Shown here: positions 23,875 through 35,835 of the stretch, piece by piece
Layout of the letters: each line of letters begins with the position of its first letter
Position numbering within the stretch: position 1 is the stretch's first letter
Origin: Octopus bimaculoides
Taxonomy: Eukaryota
Direction: 5' to 3'
DNA: 64,000 bases
Assembly: GCF_001194135.2 (NCBI RefSeq)
Contig: NC_068981.1
Span: forward strand, 123,306,740 to 123,370,739
Translations under genes and position numbers: made by a program
Notes under the pieces: generated by a model
Database searches by the model: none
Seen by the model: only the letters and a program-made list of their open reading frames with translations
What the model was told of the DNA's origin: nothing

Positions 23875-25670
23875 TTTGATCAATTTAGATCATTCCAAAT
23901 CATCAATTTGATCGACCACCAATACCTGCTGATCGTTCTCAAGTCATCAGCATCGTTTCAGTAGTTCAAGTGAATGGTTATCTATTGAAACTATTCTGTA
24001 TCAGGCACTCGGTCCGCCAGTGTAGTACTTTCTCGTTTATTTTGTATGTACTGACTCCAGAGTCATAAATGAACGAACTGAAAACATTAAGGATATAGCG
24101 TGCGAACGAGAACGTGGATGAACCCTGTCAACTTACACAGACGATGTCATCTTCATAATGTCGAACACCTGGCTCAAACATCTGATCGGCACTGCTCTGA
24201 AAGAATACAAAGAGGTGACAAGTGTAATGATTCATCAAGAAGTGTAAGTGAGCCTGCAGCTCGATACCTGGAGATGCAGGTCCATGTTCAATAAAATTGT
24301 GGAAAACTTCATGGAGCAACCGGTTAAATTTCTCGGGGTCAAGTTTTGTCCTTCTCTCCAGGTAGACAACTTAAACAAGGTGACGAACAAGGTAAAAAAA
24401 AAAACATCACCTAGAAATGGTCTGAGAGAAATCTATCCCTAAAACGTCGAGCAGATGTGACGAATGCATACAATGCCTTCGAATGCATACTTCAATGTCT
24501 GACCGCCATGTCATACCTCAATTTACGTTTGACCAAATTGGAGAACATACACTTCCGCTTTCTCTGGAGCACTGGTCAAGCGCTCCATTTGTTGATAATA
24601 CCCGCTGAATGAAAGAATGGACATGTCGTGGATGATGCGCAGACATACTCTGAGGCTACTACATCTTCAGCGTTTCCTTGACGGTGTGGTCACCGTTTGT
24701 CAGAATCTCTTTACTGTAGCTCGTCGCTGAGCTGCAGTCCTGCATTATGCGTGAATCGAGGCAGAGCACCTGGCATCTAAACTAATGATAGGGGCTCATA
24801 ATCCTCTGTCAGTAGGGCAATGCGGACAATGGAAGTTGCACATTCGTGGCGTTCTATAGAGGTTTAGTAGCAACGCTCTCTCGATGACGCTAGCTATCGA
24901 TGAGGATCAAGTGGCTGCTCTGTTCCGAAGTACTTTCGTGCCGGGGCCATGGTTAATTTCCAGATGACTCTTGATTCGCATTGCTGCCGGGGAGCATTGC
25001 CACTTCGGGATAAACTCTATAGGCATGGAACTCCTACTCGAGATGCATGCGAACTGTTCTGCATACAGTCGTTCAGTGCCCGAGCATTGTTGGCTTGCGT
25101 GTTTGTCATGTGTAAGACGGACCTTGGCAAACGGCTGAATCTATTGTAAAGATAGACCAGCTGCCTTCTGTTGGACGGAAAGGATATGCAGTATTTTGTT
25201 TGGAGGCCTAAGCGAAAAACAGTTGTGTGATGGACCAGATTCAAAGGGCCCAAGTCAGACTCATTCGTCTTGGACTAAAACCCTATAAAGTGTCAATTGA
25301 AAAGGAAATTGATGATGGAAAGGAAAGTGTTGCTCTCCAGCAAATTAGATGAATGGTGGAAAAATGTGGCAAGATTGGTCAGATTGAATGGGTCAGCTCT
25401 GAGCGTGTAATTGTAAATTCAGAGAAGAAAACGAAGAGAGGGAACTTGCCTTAGTTGTCAGGTTGACCGTTGCTACTTGTGATTCCACGAGCAATCCTTC
25501 TGAAGATTTGGGGGATTTTTCCTTGTTTGACATATTTTGCTTCGTTGCTATTTTATTCTTTTGCATAGACGCATTCCTTTAATCCCCCATCATATCATAC
25601 CATATCGTATTGTCATGTGTCGTTCTTTGTGTTTGTCTGAAGCTTTAGTGGTTAAATTCGTTAATCAATT
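23875..25670 (+). mobile_element. Tx1/L1-clade LINE ORF2 remnant, copy 2 (RT domain to C-terminus and probable 3' UTR)
   Basis: Restarts at INLDHSKS.FDR.DHQYL (23879), then HSVRQ, TYTDDV (about 24130), PVKFLGV and C-terminal LKRKLMMERKVL...WWKNVARLVRLNG (about 25290-25410). It repeats about 1 kb of copy 1. Confidence 0.85.
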
Positions 25671-25803
25671 TCATCATCATCACAATCATCATCACAATCA
25701 TCATCATCATCATCATCATCATCACAATCATCATCATCATCATCATCATCGCAATCATCATCATCATCATCATCATCATGACAATCATCATCATCGTCAT
25801 CAG

Positions 25804-25842
<39 letters not shown>

Positions 25843-25927
25843 TATCATCAACAACATCATCATCATCATCATCATCCTCAAAATTCTCCTCCACTTCATC
25901 TTCATCATCATCATCATCATCATGATC

Positions 25928-26001
<74 letters not shown>

Positions 26002-26116
26002 TATCATCATCATCATCATCATCAACATCATTATCATCATCAAAATTCTCCTCCTCCACCTCCTCCTCCTCATCCTCCTCCTCCTCATCATCATCATCAT
26101 CATCATCAACACCATC

Positions 26117-26168
<52 letters not shown>
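25671..26168. repeat. Large compound (CAT)n array with CAAAATTCTCCTCC interruptions, then (GTA)n
   Basis: Seen directly; the motif caaaattctcctcc occurs at about 25878 and 26041. Confidence 0.95.
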
Positions 26169-27090
26169 AACCACGGATTAATGTGCAGAAAATATATTCT
26201 GGGATTTTTACATTGCTTTAAATTAATATATTTCCTTATTTCATTTTCCACCTCTTCTACACACGCATGCACACACACACACANNNNNNNNNNNNNNNNN
26301 NNNNNNNNNNNNNNNNNNNNNNNNNNNNNNNNNNNNNNNNNNNNNNNNNNNNNNNNNNNNNNNNNNNNNNNNNNNNNNNNNNNNNNNNNNNNNNNNNNNN
26401 NNNNNNNNNNNNNNNNNNNNNNNNNNNNNNNNNNNNNNNNNNNNNNNNNNNNNNNNNNNNNNNNNNNNNNNNNNNNNNNNNNNNNNNNNNNNNNNNNNNN
26501 NNNNNNNNNNNNNNNNNNNNNNNNNNNNNNNNNNNNNNNNNNNNNNNNNNNNNNNNNNNNNNNNNNNNNNNNNNNNNNNNNNNNNNNNNNNNNNNNNNNN
26601 NNNNNNNNNNNNNNNNNNNNNNNNNNNNNNNNNNNNNNNNNNNNNNNNNNNNNNNNNNNNNNNNNNNNNNNNNNNNNNNNNNNNNNNNNNNNNNNNNNNN
26701 NNNNNNNNNNNNNNNNNNNNNNNNNNNNNNNNNNNNNNNNNNNNNNNNNNNNNNNNNNNNNNNNNNNNNNNNNNNNNNNNNNNNNNNNNNNNNNNNNNNN
26801 NNNNNNNNNNNNNNNNNNNNNNNNNNNNNNNNNNNNNNNNNNNNNNNNNNNNNNNNNNNNNNNNNNNNNNNNNNNNNNNNNNNNNNNNNNNNNNNNNNNN
26901 NNNNNNNNNNNNNNNNNNNNNNNNNNNNNNNNNNNNNNNNNNNNNNNNNNNNNNNNNNNNNNNNNNNNNNNNNNNNNNNNNNNNNNNNNNNNNNNNNNNN
27001 NNNNNNNNNNNATATATATATATATATATATATATACACGGGTGTGTATGATTGTGTATAGAAGATTATATTACTTAAAGAAATTCCAAC

Positions 27091-27285
27091 TATAATAATA
27101 TAATATAAGATAATATAATGAAATGATAGAATATTAAATGTCCATTCTGATTTAACTAGTACTTTCATGCATTAAACTATGCAATCTTCAGGTTCATGTA
27201 GTAGTACTGAAAATTATATTGTACAATTTACAACTGTAGTGAGATGGCTAAACTGTGTGCCTTATATATATTTGTGTAGGCTCCA
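27091..27285 (+). repeat. Direct repeat of about 160-195 bp, copy 1 (copy 2 at 29325-29485)
   Basis: Shared ataatgaaatgatagaatattaaatgtc...actagtac...aaactat...catgtagtagt...agatggctaaactgtgtgcctta...tttgtgtaggctcca, with one indel of about 25-30 bp. Confidence 0.9.
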
Positions 27286-27714
27286 AACTGATAATTTTTG
27301 CAAATTGTAATCATCGAAAACGACAAAATGTACCCATACGAATTTCAAGCGAAACGAATGTAGATGAAAAACATTCTTTCTGTAGCATAGTTATGCTATA
27401 AAATATGGAAAGTCACCAAATTAGCAAAAGTTACTAAGCGTCACAAATGTAACAAAGTACTACAGAAAGTCAACATTTATTTGGAACATGTACTATTTGT
27501 TATAAAATTCACGATTGAATATCACGGTGAAGAAAATAATTTATTTTACAATTTTGAAACGAATGCTGAACCAACTGTATAGAAAGGAAGATGCTGTTGT
27601 AACGTTAATTTAAAATATTTACTGAATGATGTATATAGCATCTTTTCGCAATGCAAATATGTGAATCAAAATATAGTTTAGTTGGTAACTAACAGCCTAC
27701 TCAGTCTTTTGGTA

Positions 27715-27790
27715 CTCCAAACGTGAAAATCGGCAATCCGGTTTTGGAATGCATAAGGAATATACGCGCGCGCATACACACACACACACA

Positions 27791-27836
<46 letters not shown>

Positions 27837-27864
27837 AAATCTTTTCTTATATATATATATAAGA
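27715..27864 (-). mobile_element. Non-autonomous Helitron-like 5' end, pointing left
   Basis: Minus strand reads A|TCTTATATATATATATAAGAAAAG, then (TG)n, then TTCCTTATGCATTCCAAAACCGGATTGCCGATTTT. This has the same architecture as the 5' end of the element at 52337-53869. Confidence 0.55.
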
Positions 27865-28040
27865 TGCATATATATGTGTGTGTGTGTATCTGTATGTTCC
27901 CTTTTTGTGCCAAAACGGCTCGACCGATTTTTCTTAAACTTCACACGCACATTGTTCATGTGTCTGGAGAGGTTTCAAGTAGAAATTGATTTCGAAAAAA
28001 TGTTCGGGTAAACGGCGGGAGGAATAACATTTGGGCACTA
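27845..28040 (+). mobile_element. Non-autonomous Helitron-like 5' end, pointing right
   Basis: Reads TCTTATATATATATATAAGATG, then (TG)n, then TGTTCCC...AAAACGGCTCGACCGATTTTTCTTAAACTT, a typical Helitron 5' subterminal block. Confidence 0.6.
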
Positions 28041-28639
28041 GTGAACGGTAGGAGTAATTATTTTTAAGCTTCCAAAGGAGATTACCCATTCCCCCCGGGA
28101 AATAACCACCAAGGGAAATAACCCATTCATTTGCGGTATGCTTAGTTCTTAGTATTATTACAATTTTATTTATTTTCTCAATTTATCCAGTACAACACTT
28201 AAACAGGCAAACAGTATTCTCCTAAACAATAGATCCACTTATTTCGGTTAGTGACTTATTCTCAAATATACCAGAACTAGCGCTGCTGAGGGTAATATTC
28301 TCTGGGAATGCACAAAACCCCTATTCAGAGTTATTTACTTTGAATTGTTATTATCTCAAATCCAATTAGTCTGTTATTACGTAATATGTTTCACGACTTG
28401 AGTATATATACTTTATTAGTATTTCCTCCTAAAATCTATATACTCTGGAGCTACTTTATTTGAATTTATACTATAGGGTAATTAATTTCATGTTATTACA
28501 TAACTGACTCCACATTTTGGGTATCCATAACTTATTAAGAATTCCTATGAATAAGATCCTTTGTAAGAAAGTTCAGTATTCTCAATAAATACACAAAAAC
28601 GGTTTTAAGGGCTACATACTTTGCTTTGTTGTTACTGGA

Positions 28640-28981
28640 TTAGCGAAACATTTATGCGAACGGAACCAAGGGATAAGCCAGCTTTCGCGGGAACTGACTG
28701 GGAGAACAATGCCTGTCATCGCCACAGATGAAGGAAGCAAGTTAGGGAGGTAAGAGAGCACATATCCAGCATGAAGAACTTGAGCGTGCTGCGCGAAAGA
28801 GCACGGATGGTGTAGCGAATGGGGAAATCTTGGTCTGCAATGTTTGCTGTTGTTTATGCTTGTCAAGAGCAGCGCTCATTAGCCACCAACGGAGCCGCCA
28901 ATGCAAAATATTAGTTAGTCCTAGAGCGTGCAATGTTCCTGAAGGTCAGCAATGGTGTTCTTCGGTCACGAGTGGACGGCC

Positions 28982-28982
<1 letters not shown>
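28640..28982 (+). mobile_element. RTE-clade LINE 3' end (C-terminal zinc finger, 3' UTR), followed by a (TA)n tail
   Basis: WENNACHRHR*RKQVRE and LVCNVCCCLCLSRAALISHQRSRQ match the RTE C-terminal W..xA.DR..WR and C..C.R.C.S..GL.SH.R patterns. It ends in ggacggcca followed by (TA)n at 28983-29031. Confidence 0.75.
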
Positions 28983-29034
<52 letters not shown>

Positions 29035-29044
29035 GCATATATAT

Positions 29045-29280
29045 GTGTGTAGAAAGAAGACTGTCGTATTTATGTGTATAATTGTGCGTGTGTGTCTGTA
29101 TTTGTACTTCCACCATTGCTTGACAACCGATGTTACTATGTTTACGTTCCCATAAATTAGCGGTTTGGCAATAAGTACTAGGCTTACAAAGAATAAATCA
29201 CGTGATCGATTTGTTCGGCTAAAGGCAGTGCTACAGCATGGCTGCAGTCGCATAACTGAAACAAGTAAAACAATAAAAAA
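29045..29280 (+). mobile_element. SINE family A, 3' half
   Basis: cttgacaaccgatg...aataagtactaggcttacaaagaataa...ctaaaggcagtgctacagcatggctgcagtc...gaaacaagtaaaa is the reverse-complement homologue of 35530-35715. Confidence 0.85.
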
Positions 29281-29294
29281 AACTTGCCATTTTA

Positions 29295-29324
29295 ATCCAG
29301 AGCAAGGCCGGGTATATCTGCTAG
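29295..29324 (+). mobile_element. Helitron 3' terminus
   Basis: CCAGAGCAAGGCCGGGTATATCTG-CTAG|T is nearly identical to the 3' terminus of the 52337 element (CCCGGGAAAAGCCGGGTATTTCTG-CTAG|T). Confidence 0.75.
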
Positions 29325-29766
29325 TATAATATAATAAAATATAATGAAATGATAGAATATTAAATGTCTCTTCTGATTGAACTAGTACGTCGTGAATTAA
29401 ACTATCCAATATTCAGTTTCATGTAGTAGTGGTGACAGTTTAGATGGCTAAACTGTGTGCCTTAAATACATTTGTGTAGGCTCCAGAATGTAATTTTTTT
29501 TATTTAGACCAACCAGTGTGTGATTTTACTATATTACTTAATTTGTTTGGTGTTTGGATCAAGCTAAATAAACAATAATACTAACACTTAGAAATACTAT
29601 TTCTACTGCTACGACCACTACCACTAACCATAACAACAATAACAATACTAAAGGTTCTCATGATGACGATAGCAGGAAAATACTAGCTAAGCAAGAGAAA
29701 AGTTAGTAAAAATAATCTTTTTTCTATGCTGAAAGTTCTAATACTACAACTACCCCTACGGTCACC

Positions 29767-29798
<32 letters not shown>

Positions 29799-30960
29799 CA
29801 ACAACAGCGACAAGAATAAAAGAGATGACAATGGTGGTTGTGATAACTGAAATGTAAAAAAATCCTTGGGGAATTTTGTTTACATTTCTATAAATGGGAT
29901 GTGTGTATATGCTTATTTGTATATGCGTATGAATACACACACACACACACACACACANNNNNNNNNNNNNNNNNNNNNNNNNNNNNNNNNNNNNNNNNNN
30001 NNNNNNNNNNNNNNNNNNNNNNNNNNNNNNNNNNNNNNNNNNNNNNNNNNNNNNNNNNNNNNNNNNNNNNNNNNNNNNNNNNNNNNNNNNNNNNNNNNNN
30101 NNNNNNNNNNNNNNNNNNNNNNNNNNNNNNNNNNNNNNNNNNNNNNNNNNNNNNNNNNNNNNNNNNNNNNNNNNNNNNNNNNNNNNNNNNNNNNNNNNNN
30201 NNNNNNNNNNNNNNNNNNNNNNNNNNNNNNNNNNNNNNNNNNNNNNNNNNNNNNNNNNNNNNNNNNNNNNNNNNNNNNNNNNNNNNNNNNNNNNNNNNNN
30301 NNNNNNNNNNNNNNNNNNNNNNNNNNNNNNNNNNNNNNNNNNNNNNNNNNNNNNNNNNNNNNNNNNATATATATATATATATAGCCGAGGGATTAAAATT
30401 AATCAAAGGACATACTAAGTATGTCTACCTGCTTGAAATAACAGTCAAAACTCGTTATTAAATCGCAAAAAATACACCGGTGATTACTACAGAAATCAAA
30501 CGAAGGCAAATTTGGTAAAGACAATCTACTTACATACATTTAAGTGGCATGCTGTCGCCTGTATCGTTGATTCTGCTATTATCATTATTAAACTAGTGAC
30601 ATTGGAATTAACGGTACCTTTGCAAATTAATTATATATATATATATATGTATATGTATACTTTTAGTTTAGACTGTCGAAAAAAAGAGTATACACAACCG
30701 TTTTATTTCAATCGAGTCAGTACCCAATAAACTTTTTCTAAGACAAATAATACAAGACGTTGTATATGAGGTAAACATACATTATGACACACTGTTGCTC
30801 AGTTTCATATAGACATTTGTTAAAACCTGCTTAAAACACTCTGCAGCAACAGGAGACTCTACCAGTATCAATATCAATACATATACGTCTGAGTATATGT
30901 GTGTGTATTTGTAGGTATCCGTATACGTATGAACATATGTATGTATGTATCTATCTATCT

Positions 30961-30963
<3 letters not shown>

Positions 30964-30992
<29 letters not shown>

Positions 30993-31034
30993 ATGGATGG
31001 ATGGATGGATGGATGGATGGATGGATGGATGGAT
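30964..31034. repeat. (GGAT)n tetranucleotide microsatellite
   Basis: Seen directly. Confidence 0.95.
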
Positions 31035-31810
31035 GCTTGCATGCTTGTATATTTGTATATATGTATACGTCTTTAACGCGTTTCACCTTTATTCTTATCG
31101 AGAAAAGATCTCTAAACAAATGTATCAGTTTTTTTATTAAGTTATTTACGACTGCATCTTCAAACGTATTGCTGTATATGGTGAACAGTAATTGAAAGGA
31201 GATGTTGCTGTTTATTTCAAGAAGGTTGAGTAACTATAGAAACTACATCGTTTTGACCACATCCTTTTCGAAATTTGTATTAAATTTATCTTCTCAGGTA
31301 AACGTTGAAACAATGCAGGTGCTGTTGCTTAGAAATAATGACATCTCGTTTAAGTTCTTTTTATTTTATTTTTGTTGCTGAGTCGCTGAGTCGCTGAGAT
31401 TACCTTTGGTGAAAGAGAAAGCATCATCAACCATAACCTTTACAGTTACTCTATTTTTTTCTTTGTAGTCATTAATAAATTTGCAATCGGTGATTTTTCT
31501 AACTAATCAACAAATTGTATTTTTACTGTGAGCTTACCGAGACAACAATTTATCCACGTCATTTCAGCTATATAGACTCCCACATGAGAAATAAGGACCT
31601 ATGTAATCTCTTAGATAAATTTAGATAACATCGATTACCTTGAGGATCTTGTTGAAGTAAATATCCTATCCACAGATCTTTGAGACCAAGCATTTCAAAA
31701 TCTCCCTCGCCGATTTTACTTTCAAATTCTGATCGAGTGCCGGCAGATATATACATACATACATACATATATATAGATATATATATAGATATATATATAC
31801 ATATATATAT

Positions 31811-31877
<67 letters not shown>

Positions 31878-34375
31878 NNNNNNNNNNNNNNNNNNNNNNN
31901 NNNNNNNNNNNNNNNNNNNNNNNNNNNNNNNNNNNNNNNNNNNNNNNNNNNNNNNNNNNNNNNNNNNNNNNNNNNNNNNNNNNNNNNNNNNNNNNNNNNN
32001 NNNNNNNNNNNNNNNNNNNNNNNNNNNNNNNNNNNNNNNNNNNNNNNNNNNNNNNNNNNNNNNNNNNNNNNNNNNNNNNNNNNNNNNNNNNNNNNNNNNN
32101 NNNNNNNNNNNNNNNNNNNNNNNNNNNNNNNNNNNNNNNNNNNNNNNNNNNNNNNNNNNNNNNNNNNNNNNNNNNNNNNNNNNNNNNNNNNNNNNNNNNN
32201 NNNNNNNNNNNNNNNNNNNNNNNNNNNNNNNNNNNNNNNNNNNNNNNNNNNNNNNNNNNNNNNNNNNNNNNNNNNNNNNNNNNNNNNNNNNNNNNNNNNN
32301 NNNNNNNNNNNNNNNNNNNNNNNNNTATATATATATATATATATATATATATGCTTGAAAATACATTTAAAAGAACATTTTGGAATAACTCCCTTTCGTA
32401 TGAATGTACATATATGAACATACACACATCTCAGACACACGTATATGTCCGGACGCCCACACATTCGTAAACTATAGCTACGTCAGATTTCTTTTTAGCA
32501 TTATACATTTCAAATAAACACATCTACGACTGCGTCTACATATGCAAACCAACACTATATGAGTATGTATGTATGGATATTCAAGTTCATTGCCCTGAAA
32601 ATCTTAATTGCCGCTGTTTTCTAGCAGTTGTGAATTGCATGGTAAAAAAATCCTCTTTTGGCTACAAAGTGATAGACATGTAGTTCACCGAAAGAAAATA
32701 TTTATCGCAATTAACATTAACTTTAAGTTTGAAATACCTATGACTAAGTCTATTAATTATTAAGTAGCAAAGAGAAATTAAATATAACTGACAAGTATTG
32801 TTGTTCTCATGCAAATATTCTGCTTTTTATGCAATCTACAGCTCGAAGAATTGCCTGTTCAAGTCTATGTTACCGGTACTATGTATTTAGTAAAGAGTTG
32901 ATATTTCTTATACATTTAAACAACAATATCTCTTCATTGCATACATTTAGCCATTTCTGATATAAAACGGAATTATTTTTAGTAGATGGTGAAATGACTA
33001 CATTTATGCTCAGATCATACAACAAAATCGTGTTTTTGCCATGTGACTCTGATTTCATTGATACCAAGAAAAGATAGGAATCAAAACATCAAATGACAGT
33101 TTAGTTAAGTAACGTGAAAAAGGTAAAAACTTGAATCGAGGAAAACCACTAAATACTTGTATCGGCAACAACAATTCAGAAGGAAATTGATTTTAATGTA
33201 GGATAGCTGTATACGGTAGTAGAATTTTTGAAGATTCCACGGCTTCGCATTTAGTTTGGACACTGTTTCATTATATAAAATTATTTGTGTCTCACCTAGT
33301 TTGTACAGCATTTACTAAAACAACGTATCCAGAATACGAAATTCTTAGTTAGGTCTCTATAATATTATATATGCATGTATTTGTATTTTGATATTGCGGA
33401 TGAAATGTTTTTCACAATCCGTAGCATTGCTTCTAATTCCTTGTAAATAGTATGCAAACTTTGTTACATGAAAATCATAATATATTTTGATATTGGTCTT
33501 AAGCTTATGAAAACACATCTGAGGAAGAAAAGCTCTGCGTGAAAACCCAGCTTCGTAGGGGTAAGAGTGAATTCTTCCTAGAATTTCATTTACCAATTTT
33601 TGAAATGTAAGAACGCATAAACAAGCTAATTAGTCCTTGATACATAATCTCAAAGAAACAACACCACAGGGTGATGTCTGGAACGTATTTGATCAGAGGC
33701 CAAATTTGTTAGGATTTGCCTGGAGCTAAAATAGTAAACCGGTCGAAAAAATAATTAAAGAAATAAATATTTGGATATTTGGAAAATTTTATATAAACAT
33801 TAAAATATTTACGAATACAGGTGCTATTGAAATAGATGTGCAACCACGTGTACGCACGCATATGCAATATACATAGATATATATGCATGCACACATACAT
33901 ATACGTGGGAGGGGTGTGTGGGGGNNNNNNNNNNNNNNNNNNNNNNNNNNNNNNNNNNNNNNNNNNNNNNNNNNNNNNNNNNNNNNNNNNNNNNNNNNNN
34001 NNNNNNNNNNNNNNNNNNNNNNNNNNNNNNNNNNNNNNNNNNNNNNNNNNNNNNNNNNNNNNNNNNNNNNNNNNNNNNNNNNNNNNNNNNNNNNNNNNNN
34101 NNNNNNNNNNNNNNNNNNNNNNNNNNNNNNNNNNNNNNNNNNNNNNNNNNNNNNNNNNNNNNNNNNNNNNNNNNNNNNNNNNNNNNNNNNNNNNNNNNNN
34201 NNNNNNNNNNNNNNNNNNNNNNNNNNNNNNNNNNNNNNNNNNNNNNNNNNNNNNNNNNNNNNNNNNNNNNNNNNNNNNNNNNNNNNNNNNNNNNNNNNNN
34301 NNNNNNNNNNNNNNNNNNNNNNNNNNNNNNNNNNNNNNNNNNNNNNNNNNNNNNNNNNNNNNNNNNNNNNNNNNN

Positions 34376-35159
34376 GAGTGTGTGTGAAAATCCCCTAGTA
34401 TTCGTGAAGATACTTTCCAGGAAAAGCTCAAAAGGTTTTGAATATGTGAAGGCCAAATTTCCAAAAATCACCGAGGCAAAACTGAAGGAAGACGTATTCA
34501 TAGGTCCGCAGATAAAAGAACTCCTGAAGGACAACCACTTCCTCACAGCACTGGATGAGATTGAGCTTAAAGCCTGGGAATTCTTCAAATGGCTCTGTGA
34601 AAATTTCCTAGGCCACGAGAGATCTCTAGAGTTTAGAAATTGGGCTGTCGGATGTCACTAAAATTCCATTTCCTTGAGTAACATCTGGACTTTTTGCAGA
34701 GAACCTTGGAGCATTGTCTGATTACCAAGAGGAACGCTTTCATCATGATATTGCATCGATGGAACAACGACATCAAGGATTTTGGAATGCAGAAATGTTA
34801 GCTGACTACTGTTGGATGTCATACATGGATGAACCTGAGACCAAACACCATAGAAAGTCCAAATGCCATAGATTTTAATTTGTTTTGCATTTCAATGTAT
34901 TCTAACTCATTTGTACGCAATAATTTTAATTTTGTCCAATAAAAAGCCATGAAATTATCGTATCTTGTACTCAATATACTTTATATAGACATTCTTACGT
35001 ATCCTATAAGTTAAAACAGCAGGTACCATTAACATGAAAATGTGACCTGATAGAGGAAATCAGACTTCAGATTCGTAGTCAGCATCAAAAATTAACTCAG
35101 AAATGTCAATCAGCAACTCTGATGATTAAAAAAAGAACGATTCATTTTGTTGACCAGTG
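34376..35159 (+). mobile_element. DNA transposon 3' half: transposase C-terminus and right terminus (IS630-Tc1-mariner-like, probably the group labelled TcMar-m44)
   Basis: KFPKITEAKLKEDVFIGPQIKELL...KAWEFFKWLCENFLG...HLDFFAENLGALSDYQEERFHHDIASMEQRHQGFWNAEMLADYCW; ends TTCATTTTGTTGACCAGTG. The 5' part is lost in gap 33925-34375. The subgroup name is from recall and not verified. Confidence 0.8.
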
Positions 35160-35529
35160 TTTTCTATCTACCAAATAAACTATTTTTTGACTCAACAACT
35201 CTCTTTTACAACTAAAATAAGCTCAGAAACAAGGTTGGTTCGCACAATTTTGAGGTCATTTTGGGGCATTATTTCGATTTGCTTCTAATGTTTCACTTCC
35301 GACTTATGTTTGACGCATGCGTAGAATTCTACTCAAACAAACATTTATGAAATTGCGCACACAAATTTTGTATTAGAATGAGCCTCAACCAAAACAATTG
35401 CATTAAAGACACCCATTTTTTTATATGTCATGAAGAAATACTGTTACTCTTTCGCTCTCTCTCTCTCTCACACACACACACTTGGATGTATGCATACATA
35501 TTTATGTACATGTATTCTTTTTTTCCTTT

Positions 35530-35760
35530 ATTATTTTACTTGTTTTAGTCATTTGACTGCAGCCATGCTGGAGCACCGCCTTTAGCCGAGCAAATCAACC
35601 ACAGAGCTTATTCTTTGTAAGCCTAGTACTTATTCTATCGTTCTCTGTTGCTGAGTCGCTAAGTTTCGGGGATGTAAACACACCAGCATCGGGTGTTAAG
35701 CGATGGTGAGGGATAAACACAGATACTCAAACGTATACACACACACACACACACACACAT

Positions 35761-35835
<75 letters not shown>

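Noticed and set aside
25537-26278. Long poly-His, poly-Asp, poly-Met and poly-Ile ORFs
   Set aside because: All are readings of the (CAT)n array, which lacks stops in most frames; there is no unique coding sequence.
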